The notes under the pieces: generated by a model
What the model saw: only the letters and a program-made list of their open reading frames with translations
Told to the model about the DNA's origin: nothing
Databases searched by the model: none
Part shown: positions 20,426-31,500 of the stretch, one piece after another
Position numbering within the stretch: position 1 is the stretch's first letter
How the letters are laid out: every line of letters starts with the position of its first letter
Translations under genes and position numbers: made by a program
DNA from: Acidobacteriota bacterium
GTDB taxonomy: Bacteria; Acidobacteriota; UBA6911; RPQK01; JAJDTT01
Length of the DNA stretch: 64,000 nucleotides
Assembly (NCBI GenBank): GCA_965209055.1
Contig: OZ242374.1
Span: 3,072,001 to 3,136,000 of the forward strand
Reading direction: 5' to 3'

Positions 20426-20854
20426 TCAGCGTTTTTCCCAATCCGCGATCGCGCCGGGTGTGACGCGAAACAGCGGGTGAGCCTGTGGGGACTCCTCCCC
20501 GAACAATGACCGGCGCCACTCGGGGGCCCGCGCATCCAGTTTCTTGATCAGGTGACGCCATTCGAAACGGACCTGACCGAGCGTGACGTTGATCCTCCCG
20601 GTCGTGCGGCCGCGCGCGATTTTGCCGGAATCGAACCGGTAACCCCGCGCCACCGATTCCGCGTGCACGGCCCGGAGGTATTCGGCGATGAACGGCACCG
20701 GCGCCGATTGCGATTGAAACCGAACCAACTGCGGATGATGCCGGTAACCTCTCGTTTCGCCTCTGAGCACCGCTTGCGCCAGGAGTCCTTCTCGCCAAAG
20801 GGCCACGAGTCCTCGGGGATCAAGGTACTTGGGGTGCAGGCTCCAAAGGCGCAT
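20426..20854 (-). CDS. Pyrimidine dimer DNA glycosylase / T4 endonuclease V family
   Basis: MRLWSLHPKYLD..GLVALWRE.LLAQ and GYRHHPQL.RF family signature. Confidence 0.85.
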   Translation of the reverse strand: MRLWSLHPKYLDPRGLVALWREGLLAQAVLRGETRGYRHHPQLVRFQSQSAPVPFIAEYLRAVHAESVARGYRFDSGKIARGRTTGRINVTLGQVRFEWRHLIKKLDARAPEWRRSLFGEESPQAHPLFRVTPGAIADWEKR

Positions 20855-20893
20855 TGAGACTTTCCGGCGCCCGCGTGCGGGTGACCGTTCGGA

Positions 20894-21793
20894 TCAGGTT
20901 CGGATAATGGGATCGATAAATTCACGCATGGCCGCGACACACTCGTGCGGTTGTTCCAGTTGCAGCAAGTGGCTCGCTTCCGGAATGAAATCGTAGTCGA
21001 CGGTCAGCATGTTGCTCATATCCATGGTGGGGAGATAGGAGTACGGCAGCATCGGATCGGCCCCGATGACCTTGGTCGGGCAGCGAAGGGAATCAAGGTC
21101 CACGAGCACGGCAAACGCTCGCGCGTAGTCTACGAGTCGTGCTTCATATTCGGGTGGGCATCGAAGCTCGAATCCGTCTCCATCGGCACACTCCCGAAGC
21201 GTCGTCATGGCCACGAGATCGCAGACACCGGGCACGACACGTTGGAAGACCGGCAAATACGGAAGAAAGCCGGCAAACGCTTCCCTGGACTTGAAGCGGT
21301 CCGTCCGGCGCCGGGTCATGGCGGCGACCCGGGTCGCCGCCCGCTCGAATTCTTCGTAGCTGTCATCCGGCTTGCACAGGGGTGGGTCAAACAATACGCG
21401 CGCCGAGAATCCGCTTCCCCGTGTCGGTGACAAGAGCGTGATCAGAGCCGAAACGGAATGAAATACGCCGATTCGCGGCTTCTTCCCGAAATGGCCGTCG
21501 ATCGCCTCAAGAAGCCGGTCGTGGTCACGAATCAGCGTCGGAATGTTCTGCTCTCGCAGATTGCCGACCGTATTCCACCCATGGTTTCTGAGGTCGTAAA
21601 TGACCAAGTCGAATTCGTCGGCCAGGAGTGACCAGAAAGGATAGTAGAGATCTATGGCCAATCCGTTGCCGTGGCTCAGGACAAGGCGCGGACCTTCCGG
21701 GTTTCCGTGACGCCTCAGCGTGATCGAGGTGACATCGTCCACGCGGACCTCGCAAGTCGAGAGCGGTTCGGGTATTTTCCACGCGTCAGTCAA
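20894..21793 (-). CDS. alpha/beta hydrolase (SupD/SupE-like) of the PKS cluster
   Basis: SHGNG oxyanion motif, DLRNHG, nucleophile elbow FHSVS and C-terminal SHLLQLEQP. Confidence 0.85.
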   Translation of the reverse strand: MTDAWKIPEPLSTCEVRVDDVTSITLRRHGNPEGPRLVLSHGNGLAIDLYYPFWSLLADEFDLVIYDLRNHGWNTVGNLREQNIPTLIRDHDRLLEAIDGHFGKKPRIGVFHSVSALITLLSPTRGSGFSARVLFDPPLCKPDDSYEEFERAATRVAAMTRRRTDRFKSREAFAGFLPYLPVFQRVVPGVCDLVAMTTLRECADGDGFELRCPPEYEARLVDYARAFAVLVDLDSLRCPTKVIGADPMLPYSYLPTMDMSNMLTVDYDFIPEASHLLQLEQPHECVAAMREFIDPIIRT

Positions 21794-21829
21794 GTCGGAG
21801 GTTTTCCCAATAAGTTGTCGCTGCGCCAG

Positions 21830-22017
21830 GAAAAGGCAAACTCGCCATTTGGGCCGGGGTGGCGGCAGCGTTGCAAACGGACCCGGTGCCCCTTATCGAG
21901 CGAAGCTCAGTTGTCCGCCTCGGATGCTCTGTGGGGAGTCAGGTCGACGAGCAGGATGGAGATCTTACCGGCTGCCCTGAACGGACGCCGCGAACACTGA
22001 TCTGCGATAAGGGACAT
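21830..22017 (-). pseudogene. Remnant of a 4'-phosphopantetheinyl transferase (supC-like), N-terminal part with in-frame stop
   Basis: Manual translation: MSLIADQCSRRPFRAAGKISILLVDLTPHRASEADN*(21909-21907)ASLDKGHRVRLQRCRHPGPNGEFAF, resembling the Sfp-type N-terminus; it lies in the supC position after the ACP. Confidence 0.5.
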
Positions 22018-22147
22018 CGCCGGTTGAGCTTGTTCCACCGATCACGTATTGGAGGGGAATTCTGCCTGCGACGAATGACCCGGTGGACCGTACAGACATC
22101 GGTGATGGTTACCCCGGGGGGCTGACTGTCTGCGGGTCCGGGAATGT

Positions 22148-22393
22148 TCAACCAGCGTGCGTATCGAGGTACTCGACTAACATCCCCACGGAACGAATCT
22201 TCGCACACTCTTCCGGAGGAATCGTGATGTTGAACTCCTTGGAGACGACCTGCATGAACGCAACGGCATCCATTGAGGAAACACCGGCCTCGATGAGGTT
22301 GGTGTTGAGATCCAAAGGTCGGCCCAACGGGCGTCCATCCACTTCGAGATTCTCGTCGACGATTTGTCTGATACGTTCCTCGACTGAGGCCAT
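22148..22393 (-). CDS. Stand-alone acyl carrier protein (SupB-like)
   Basis: 81 aa, acidic, LIEAGVSSMDAV Ppant motif and EFNITIPPEE. Confidence 0.9.
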   Translation of the reverse strand: MASVEERIRQIVDENLEVDGRPLGRPLDLNTNLIEAGVSSMDAVAFMQVVSKEFNITIPPEECAKIRSVGMLVEYLDTHAG

Positions 22394-22554
22394 ATTATTG
22401 ATCCTTTCAAACAGTTTAGGAGAAGGAAATCGACGGAAAAATTATCAGGAAGGGTTTCTCAAGTCAATCAATCGCCTCCGGATCACTCTTTTCCGTTGGA
22501 CGGGTTCGCGTCAAACGCCTTGCCGTCCCGAACTCCTTGGAGAATGCGTCAACG

Positions 22555-25500
22555 TCACGAGGTGGAAGCACTCTGCCTCGGCGCTCTGAACCAGTAGTGC
22601 CGTCGTTGAAATGGATAGACAGGCAGAGAAATCCGGCGCCGGACCTCTCCCGCAAACAGCCCGGCAAAGGAAACCGCAAGACCGGCCTCGTACACTCCTG
22701 CAACGGCCTCCACAAAGCAGCCGTCACATTCGTTCGCCGATTCCTTCCCGGAGGGGCGCCGCATACTCCGCAGCACGGCCGGTGCACGATTCGACTCCCC
22801 GCCCGGTGGATGAGACCAGGACCTGACGACCTTCGGCCCCAATATGGCATCGGGGCCAATTTCCAAAATGGCGTCAACACCAAGTCGTTTCAGTGTTCGG
22901 ACGCAATTGCCGAATCGTGCCGGTTCATTCGTCTGCCGGCGCCAGTACTCGCCGTCTGCCGCCTCGGTCGGCTCCATGACACGGCCTGTCGCACCGCTGA
23001 CCACGGCGCACGACGGCGGCGCGAACGTGGTTCCCCGCAATAATGCGTCCGGATTCTCCAACCCGGGTGCCGCTGCCCTGCCTTGCGGCCGGGTCGCCGG
23101 CAGCGGAATCCTCGCCGTTGCCAATCGAAGCCCTTCCTCCAAGCTCATAACCGCTGCGGCCTGCGCCGCCGCCAATTCCCCTACGCCCTGGCCGAACACG
23201 ACTCTGGGCTGAATCCCCACGCTTGACCACAGCGCCGCAAGTGCACATTCCAGTGCATATACGGCTGGCTGCGCCCACGAAGCCTGGTCCGAATCTCCGC
23301 CCGGATCGGACCGTCCGAACATCACGTCCAACAGCGAATACCCCCGTTGTTCCCGCAGCATTTCATCACAGCGATTCAGCACCGCCCGCACCACCGGCTC
23401 GCTGTCATACAACGCCTGGCCCATGCCGATCCACTGACTGCCCTCCCCGGTGAACACGAACGCCACCTTTTTGGCCGTCGCCGGCTCGGGACTTTCGTTT
23501 CCTTCGGCGATGGCCTTCAGTCCGGTACGCAACGACGGAGCGTCGTGGAATACGACTGCGGCCCGGTAATCGAAATGACTACGACCCAGTCCCGCCGTCC
23601 ACGCCATATCCGCAAGCATCGCCTCTTCGGCCGCTGACGAAGTCAGCTCTCCGGTCCGCTCGTCGAACCAGCTCGCGTACCTCCCCGCCAGTTTCCGCAG
23701 GGCACCGCCGGACTTCCCGGACAAGGGCAGGAGCCGGAGCCCGCGCGCCCGGAATTCTCCTTGCTCCGGTAGCGGCAGGTCCGACAGCGGCTCGGGAAGA
23801 GAAACGGCGACCGTCCGCCCGGAACCCGCCGGTGGAGATCCGGAGTTCGAATCGTCGCCATTGGTTGTTCCGTACCCTTCCACGACGATGTGGGAGTTCG
23901 CGCCCGAAACCCCGAACGCGCTGATTGCTGCCCGCGGCGGCCGATCGGCGTGACGAGGCCAGTCCGTCGCCTCGGAAGTCACCTTTACAGGGAGCCGGTC
24001 CCATTCCACGTTCGGGTTCGGGTTGTTGAAGTGCAATTGCTTTGGAATCACCCCCTGCTTCATCGCGAGGAGTACCTTGATGAGTCCGGCAACGCCGGCA
24101 GCCGTCTCCAGATGGCCGATATTGCCCTTGACCGAGCCGATCAACAGCGGGCTGTCCGCTTCACGTCCCTTGCCGTACACCGCCGCTGCCGCCTGCACTT
24201 CAATCGGGTCGCCCAACGCCGACCCGACCCCGTGGGCCTCGAGGTAGTCGACGTCCGGTGGAGAAACTCCCGAACGGGACAGCGCCTCCTCGATCACCCG
24301 TTCCTGTGCCGGACCGTTGGGGACCGTCGGTCCGGCGCTTGCCCCGTTTTGGTTGACCGCCGATCCGAGGATCACGCCCCAGATGCGGTCGCCGTCGGCC
24401 TGCGCCCTTTCGAGCCGCTTCAGGACGACCATTCCGCAGCCTTCCCCCCGCACGAAGCCATCGGCGGAGGCATCGAATGCGTTGCACCGGCCTGCCTTCG
24501 ACAACATACCCATGTCTGCCATCGCCCTCGTGATCTCAGGCGACAGGATTGCACTCACGCCTCCTACGAGTGCCAGGTCCACTTCATCCTGGCGCAAGCT
24601 CGCGACCGCGTGGTGTACCGCGACCAGCGACGACGCGCAGTTGAGTTCCACCGGTATCGTCGGCCCCTCAAGTCCCAGATGAAATGCGACGCGTCCGACG
24701 GTCATGCTGGCGGCGTTGCCCAGGTAACTCACGCCGTAGTCGTTCTTCGCCATCAGGTCCCGGTATTCGCTGGTAGCGATACCGGCATAGACTCCGGTGC
24801 GGCTGCCCCGCAAGCTGGCCGGATCTATCCCGGCATCCTCGAGAGCCTGCCAACTCGTCTCCAGAAGCATGCGCTGCCGCGGGTCCATCATGCGCGCCTC
24901 GATCGGCGCAACCCGGAAGAATCTCGCATCAAAGGTCTCGATCTCCTCCACGAACCCGCCCCGGCAGTAGGCGGCATATTCCGGCGGAAGGTCTCCGGCA
25001 AGATTGCTCCAGTTGTCGGAACCCGGGCGCCGGTCGGTCACCGCGTCCGCGCCGGCTTCGAGCTGGCGCCAGAATGCTTCATGATCCGGGGCGCCGGGGA
25101 AGCGACACGCCATGCCCACGATCGCTATGGCGTCTCCCTCAGCTTGATACGCCGGACGTTGCTCAGGCCCGGGTTGAGGCTCCGGTACGGTTTCACCCTC
25201 AACTTGGGCAAGCTCTTCGGAGAGATGACGGGCCAGGGTAGCGATGTCGGGGTAGTCGAACACGATGGTGTTGGACGCGGTGTACTCCTCGGCAAACGCC
25301 CGGTTGAGCCGGTTCCGCAACTCCACCGCCATCAGGGAGTCCATCCCCAGATCGAAGAAACCTACAGTCGGCGCCGGTTCCGATGGCAGCCGCAGGACGG
25401 ATTGCACCTCCGCCTGCAGGAACGCCACCAGCACCTCTTCGCGCTCCACGACGGGCGATTCCCGCAGCCGGGACAGCACGTTTCTGGTTGAGCCGGAGGC

Positions 25501-28500
25501 ATCCCCGCCGGCATCGGCCGTCGTCGACAGCAGATCTTCCAGTAGTGGTGGACGGTCCTCGACAGCCTCTTCGAATACCGACCAGTCCATGGACATCACG
25601 ACGGAATGCGTGACGTCTTGGCGCACCAGCCGGTCGAATGCCCTGAGGCCCTGCTGAGGAGTAAACCAGCGGCCGCCGAGCGCCGATCGTTGCCGGTCGA
25701 TCCGCTCCCGTTGTTCCGCCGCCTCGCCGATTTCCGACCAGGCCCCCCAGGCGATGGCCTGCCCCGGGAGCCCCATCGCCCGGCGGTGACCGGCCAGTTG
25801 GTCCAGAAACGCATTGGCGGCGGCATGGTTGGCCTGTCCCGGATTGCCCATAACGCCGACGCGGCTGGAGTAGAGGACGAACATGTCCAGGTCGCGGTCG
25901 ACGGTGGCGCGATGCAGGTGCCAGGCCCCCAGTATTTTCGGCCACAGAACGGTTTCGAACCTCTCCCAGGTCTGGTTGGTGAGCGCACCGTCGGACAGCA
26001 CCCCGACGCTGTGGATCACGCCGCCCAAGGGGGGCAGTTCCCGGTCCACGCGCGCCAGCATCGCGTCCACGGCATTCCCGTCCGTCACATCCGCCAACTC
26101 GACCTGGACCGTTGCCCCGCGTTCCCGGAGCGCGCGGATCGCTTCCTCGGCATCGGCTTCGGGCGCGCGTCGTCCATTCAGCACGATGGCCCCGGCGCCA
26201 CGTTCCGCCAGCCAGCGGGCGACGGCGCATCCGATCCCGCCCAGACCGCCGGTCACCAGGTAGGTCCGGTCCCGGCGCAACCGGTTCCCCATGAGCGGCG
26301 GCGTGGTCACGACGATCTTCCCGAGGTGCCGGGCCGACCGCATGAAGCTCAACGCGGCTCCGGCTTCCGCCAACGGCCACCGGCTGTGGACGATGGGTTT
26401 CAGTTCGCCCGCCGCAAGGCGCTCCATCACTCCCCGAAGGACCCTCCCGACCCATGCGGGATCGGTCTTTTTCAGAACATCCAGTTCCAGGATGGAGTAG
26501 GGGACGTCGGGACGCACCGCCGCCATTTCGTCTTCGCTGAGGATGTCCCGCCTGGCCATCTCCACGAAGCGGCCACCGTGCCTGAGACAGGACAGACTCG
26601 CATCGATGAAACCCTCTCCCGTCAGACTGTTCAGCACCACGTCCACGCCGCTGCCGCCGGTGGCTTCCAGAATCTCCTTCCCGAACGCCGTCTGGCGGCT
26701 GTCGAACACGTGTTCCACACCCAGCGACCTCAAGTAAGCCTGCTTGCGGGCGCTGGCTGTGGCGAAGACCTCAGCTCCCGCCGCCTGCACCCACTGGATG
26801 GCCGCCAAACCCACCCCGCCGGCGCCGGCGTGAATCAGCACCCGTTCGCCAGCCTTCAGGCCGGAGAGCTCAAAGGACAGCGCGGCCGATACGAACGCGC
26901 TCGGCACCGTCGCCAGTCCAGTCACCGAAAACCCCGCCGGGGCGGGGGCCACCAACTCTTCGTGGGTGACCATCTCCGGTGCGAACGCACCGAATCCCAG
27001 ACCAACCACGTGGTCTCCGGCCGATACCGTGGATACGTCGGAGCCCACGTCCAGGACACAGCCGCACATCTCCCGGCCCAACCGTCCCTCCTCGATAAAG
27101 CCGAGCGAACGAAATACGTCCCAGAAGTTCAGCCCGGCCGCTTCCACCGAGATGCGTACTTCCCGCGGCTCCAGTGAATGCTCCGGCAGCGGCTGGACGT
27201 ACGGTTGATCGAAGACACCGCTCGTGTCCGGAGCCAGGACCCAGCCCGGCTCTTGGGGCAGGGCCAGGCGCTCCGCCTCCGATTCCGCCCGAACCAGCCG
27301 TGCGATTTGACGCCGTCCCCATCGGTACGCGATGTGATTCTCCGGGTCGGGATACATCAACTCATTGACCAGGTCCGGTTCGGCCGCCCTCTCGCCGGGA
27401 TCCAAATCGATCATCCTCGGCTGTAGATGCGCTGCTTCCCGGGCCACCCCCTTGCCGAAACCCCAAAGGGCTGCGCCGGCAAGTTCGCCGCCCAGCTCAC
27501 GCTCCAATACCTGGGCCCCTCGAGTGAGAAACCACATCCCCTTTACAGGCGTCAGATCGGAGTCGGCCGCGCCTTGCACCATGGCCAACGCGCTCGCTCC
27601 CGCGTGTCTCACGTCCGCCGCGATTTCTTCCGGGGTCGCTTCCGCACCGTGACCGTCCAGGGCCGCAAGATGCACCATGCCGTTGAACGGAACGTCCCGG
27701 GGCAGGCTGTCGATCAGCGAACTCCACGACTCCCGCCGGCCCATGTCCAACGGTGTTTCGAAAACGCCGGGACCGGGCGTTCCCGGCCACCCGTTTCCCG
27801 ACGATTCGCTGTCTACGAGCAGGACTGTCTGGTTCCGAGCCGCCAAATCGGTTGCCAGCTTCGCCGCCGCGCCGCCCCGGTCGGCTCCCAAGACCCACAC
27901 GCCTCGCGGTTCCGTCGCCTCGGCCGGGCCTCTGGCCACGATAACGCCCTTGTCCGGCGTCCTGGCCGCATCGGACTCGTCCACTCCCAGGACCTCCACT
28001 TCTTCGAAACCGGCGTCCCCAAGTGCTCGTCGCCACACCGCGGGGCTTGCCAGGGCGTGGTGCGGACGGTAGTCGTCGGCAAACCGCCACCAACCGTCCA
28101 ACTGTCCGAAAGTCAGGTCCATCCAACCCAAACCGCTGAGGTTCTCCAGTGCGATCAACTGGCCGGATGGCGCGAGAAGCTGCCGGCAGTGCCCCAGGGT
28201 CTCTTCGAGGTGCCGCGTGGCGTGCAGCACGTTGGATGCGAGCAGCACGTCATAGCCGTGGGCGTCGAAGCCCTGGTCGACCGGGTCTTTTTCGATATCC
28301 AGCGGACGGTATTCGATGCACCCGCCGGCGTCGCCGAAACGCTCCTCCGCTTCGGCAAAGAAGCCCGCCGAGATGTCGGTGTACATGTAGTCGAATCGCC
28401 CTTCCGGGAGTTCCGGAAGCACCGATGCAGTCGCCGATCCCGTGCCGGCCCCGACCTCGATCACCCTGAGTCGCCTTCCGTCGGGCAGCGCCGCCACGAG

Positions 28501-31500
28501 TGCCTGAATCGCCTCCTTCAGCATCCGGTTCGCCGCGCGCGCCACCGGGGCTTTCAGGTACAGGTCAGCCGGGGTCGGGTCTCCGCTGCTGAACAAGAGC
28601 GTCAGCGGGTCCAGTTGGCCCCGAAGCACGTCGGCGAGGGCGCCGGCCGAGCGCCGGAACAGCCCCACTTCAATCAAACCGTGAGGGAATCGTCCGGCCA
28701 TCGCCGTGTCATGTCCCTCGGGCTCCGGAGGCATTCCTTCCGGCCAAGGGTCACCCGATCCCACCAAGACGACGAATCTGTCGCCCTCTTCGGCCAATAC
28801 TCCCGATTTGGCCAACATTTCGAGCATTCGGCGGAAGAGTTTTTTATGCTCGCCGATGACGTTCAACTGCTTCCGCAAGTCGTCGGGGGCCACGACCGCT
28901 CCCACCGTGCGCCGCCAACCCAACTTGTCCAGCGTCAAAAGCGCATAGGATCGCGACCATCGCTCCAGATCCGTCAACAGGGCGTCCCGGTCGTCGGGGT
29001 CGACCCCCGCGTCCGTCAGGTAATCCGAGAACATCTGCGAGGCGCCCTTCACCGACGTCGGGCCCGGAAAGAAATCCGCAGACAGCAGTCCCGGTGGAAG
29101 GGCGCGTTCGCGCCACACAATCTCGTAGAGGAGATCCTTCACCCCTTCGACCGCCGAGAGAAGCGCCGCACGCGTCGCCCGCTTCACCGTGTACCCGCTC
29201 AGCCCACCAAGCAGAACGCCGTTGGGATCGTAGAGGCGCAATTCGCCGCTCAGTACTTCCGGCGGCTCGCCCGCTTCCGCATCCGCCTCGCGGGACGCCT
29301 CGCTCATGCGCACGTGGCAGAACACCCGATCCGGAAGCTTCCCGGTGGTCAGCCACAGCCGCTCCCAACCGAAGGGCAGATAGGTTACGGAACCGTGGGG
29401 TCCGGCCAGGTTGCGCGCCGCGCCTACGACCTGAAAACAACCGTCCAGCACCAGCGGGTGAACGTCCAGCCCGTTCCGGCCGAGGCCTTCAGGGAAGGAG
29501 ACCTCGCCCAACGCCTCGCCCGCCCGGGACCACAATCGGCGCAACGTCCTGAAGCAGGGGCCCAGATCGACGCCGGTACCCGCCCTGGCGCGGTAATAGG
29601 CGGCCACGTCCGACGGCAACAGCCTGGCCTTCAGGCCTTCCAGATCGATCCGCCGTGCGGTTTCGGGGGTGGATGCGCCGGGCGACGTGCGACCCTCCAC
29701 ATGGACCGTCCATTCCCCTTCGCTCCCTTTACTGTAGATCCGGACACCACGGGACGACGCCCCCTCGGCAGCACTGAGCACGACCTGCAACGTCCGGCCG
29801 GGTTCGCCCGTCCCGTTCTCCGAACCCTCCTCCGGGAGGACCAACGCGTTGTGAAGTTGCATCTCCTCCAAGATCACCGGACCTCTCCCCTCGGCGAGAG
29901 AGGCCGAAACCGCCATCGCTCCGTAGAGCGCACCCGGTGCCACAATCCGGCCGAACACGCGGTGATCGTCGAGCCACGCGGGATCCGAAGGGAATATTTC
30001 CGTTTCAAAGGTTGTCTCGCCGCGCGCGGATTCGTGCCGGATTCCCAGCAACGGGTGCCCTGTGGTCCTGGACTGCCGCTTCGGCGCCTCGAGCCAGTGG
30101 CGTGTGCGTTGGAATGGATAGCCCGGCAACGAAATCCGCCGCCGGGACTCGCCGGCGAACAGCCCCTCGAAACGAATCGGGAGTCCCGCCTCATACGCCT
30201 CCGCGACGGCATTCACGAAGCCGCCGCTTTCGGCGCCCGGTGCGTTCCCGGACGGCGGGCGCAAGCTTGACACGACCCCCGGCGCCGTCGTCCCGGCTGA
30301 CTCCGGCCAGGCGGAGAGCACCATTGGAGCCAAAATCGAGCGCGGGCCGATCTCGATCACCAGATCCGCGCCGAGACCCGCCAGCGTCCTGACGCCGCGG
30401 GCGAATGCCACCGGCTGCCTGGCGTGCCGTCTCCAGTAAGATCCGTCCAGCAACCGGGCAGTCTCCACTGCGCGGCCGGTCAGATTGCTGACCATGGACA
30501 GGATGGGAGGTTGAATCGCCACGCCGTCAAGGGTCGTTTCCAGTGCGTCGAGAATCGGCTCCACCAAGGCGCTGTGGAACGCCTTGGACGTGTTCAGGCG
30601 CCTGACCCGGACTCCCTCCGATTCAAGGCGCTCCGAGATGGCATCGATTGCCGTGACCGTACCGCTGACCACCTGATGGGTCCCGTTGTCTGCGGAGATA
30701 TTCAATTCGAGGGGGGAAGTCGTAGTCTGCAATGCTTCGACGGCTGCGGCCACTCGTGCCGGCGGTGCGAACACCGCTGCCATGGCGCCCTCTGCCATTT
30801 CCGACATCAATGCGCCCCGAGTGCAGGCGAACCGCATGCCGTCTTCCAGGCTGAAGACTCCCGCCGCCTGCGCCGCCGCCAATTCCCCGATACTGTGTCC
30901 TACCACCACCGCGGGACGGACACCCAAACTCCACCACAGCCCGGTGAGCGCGCATTCCAGGGCGTACAGGGCCGGCTGCTCCCAAGCCGTGTCACCCAGC
31001 GTTCCGTCATCTCCACACCGGCCGAACATCGTGTCCAGGAGAGAGGCCTCCCTCTCCTCCCGGAATACCGCCTCGCAGCGGTCCAGAATGGCCTGAACCA
31101 CCGGTTCGGTCTCGTAGAGCGTCCGTCCCATGCCGGCCCACTGGCTCCCCTGTCCGGTGTAGGCGAACGCCACCCTGGCCGCTGCTTTCGACACCGAGTC
31201 TCCGACGGACCCCGCCAGAACAGTGAGCTGTTCCCGCAAGTCACTGGCGTTGCGGAAGACGACTCCAGCTCGGCAATCGAAATGACTTCGCCCCACGCCC
31301 GCCGTCCATGCCATGTCCGAGAGCGTCGGTCCCGACGCGGCGCCTTCGGTGGACACGCCCGGCTGATCGTCGAGCCACGAAAGATACCGCTCCGCAAGTT
31401 CACCGAGCGCGGTATCGGACTTTCCCGAGAGAGGCAGGAAACGGGTGCGGCGGGGCGCGGCGCTCCCCGGTAACTGCAGACCCGGCATGTTCCCTGGAAG

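Noticed and set aside
21907-21909. In-frame TGA as selenocysteine or readthrough
   Set aside because: The frame closes again shortly after without catalytic motifs and no SECIS is evident; decay is simpler
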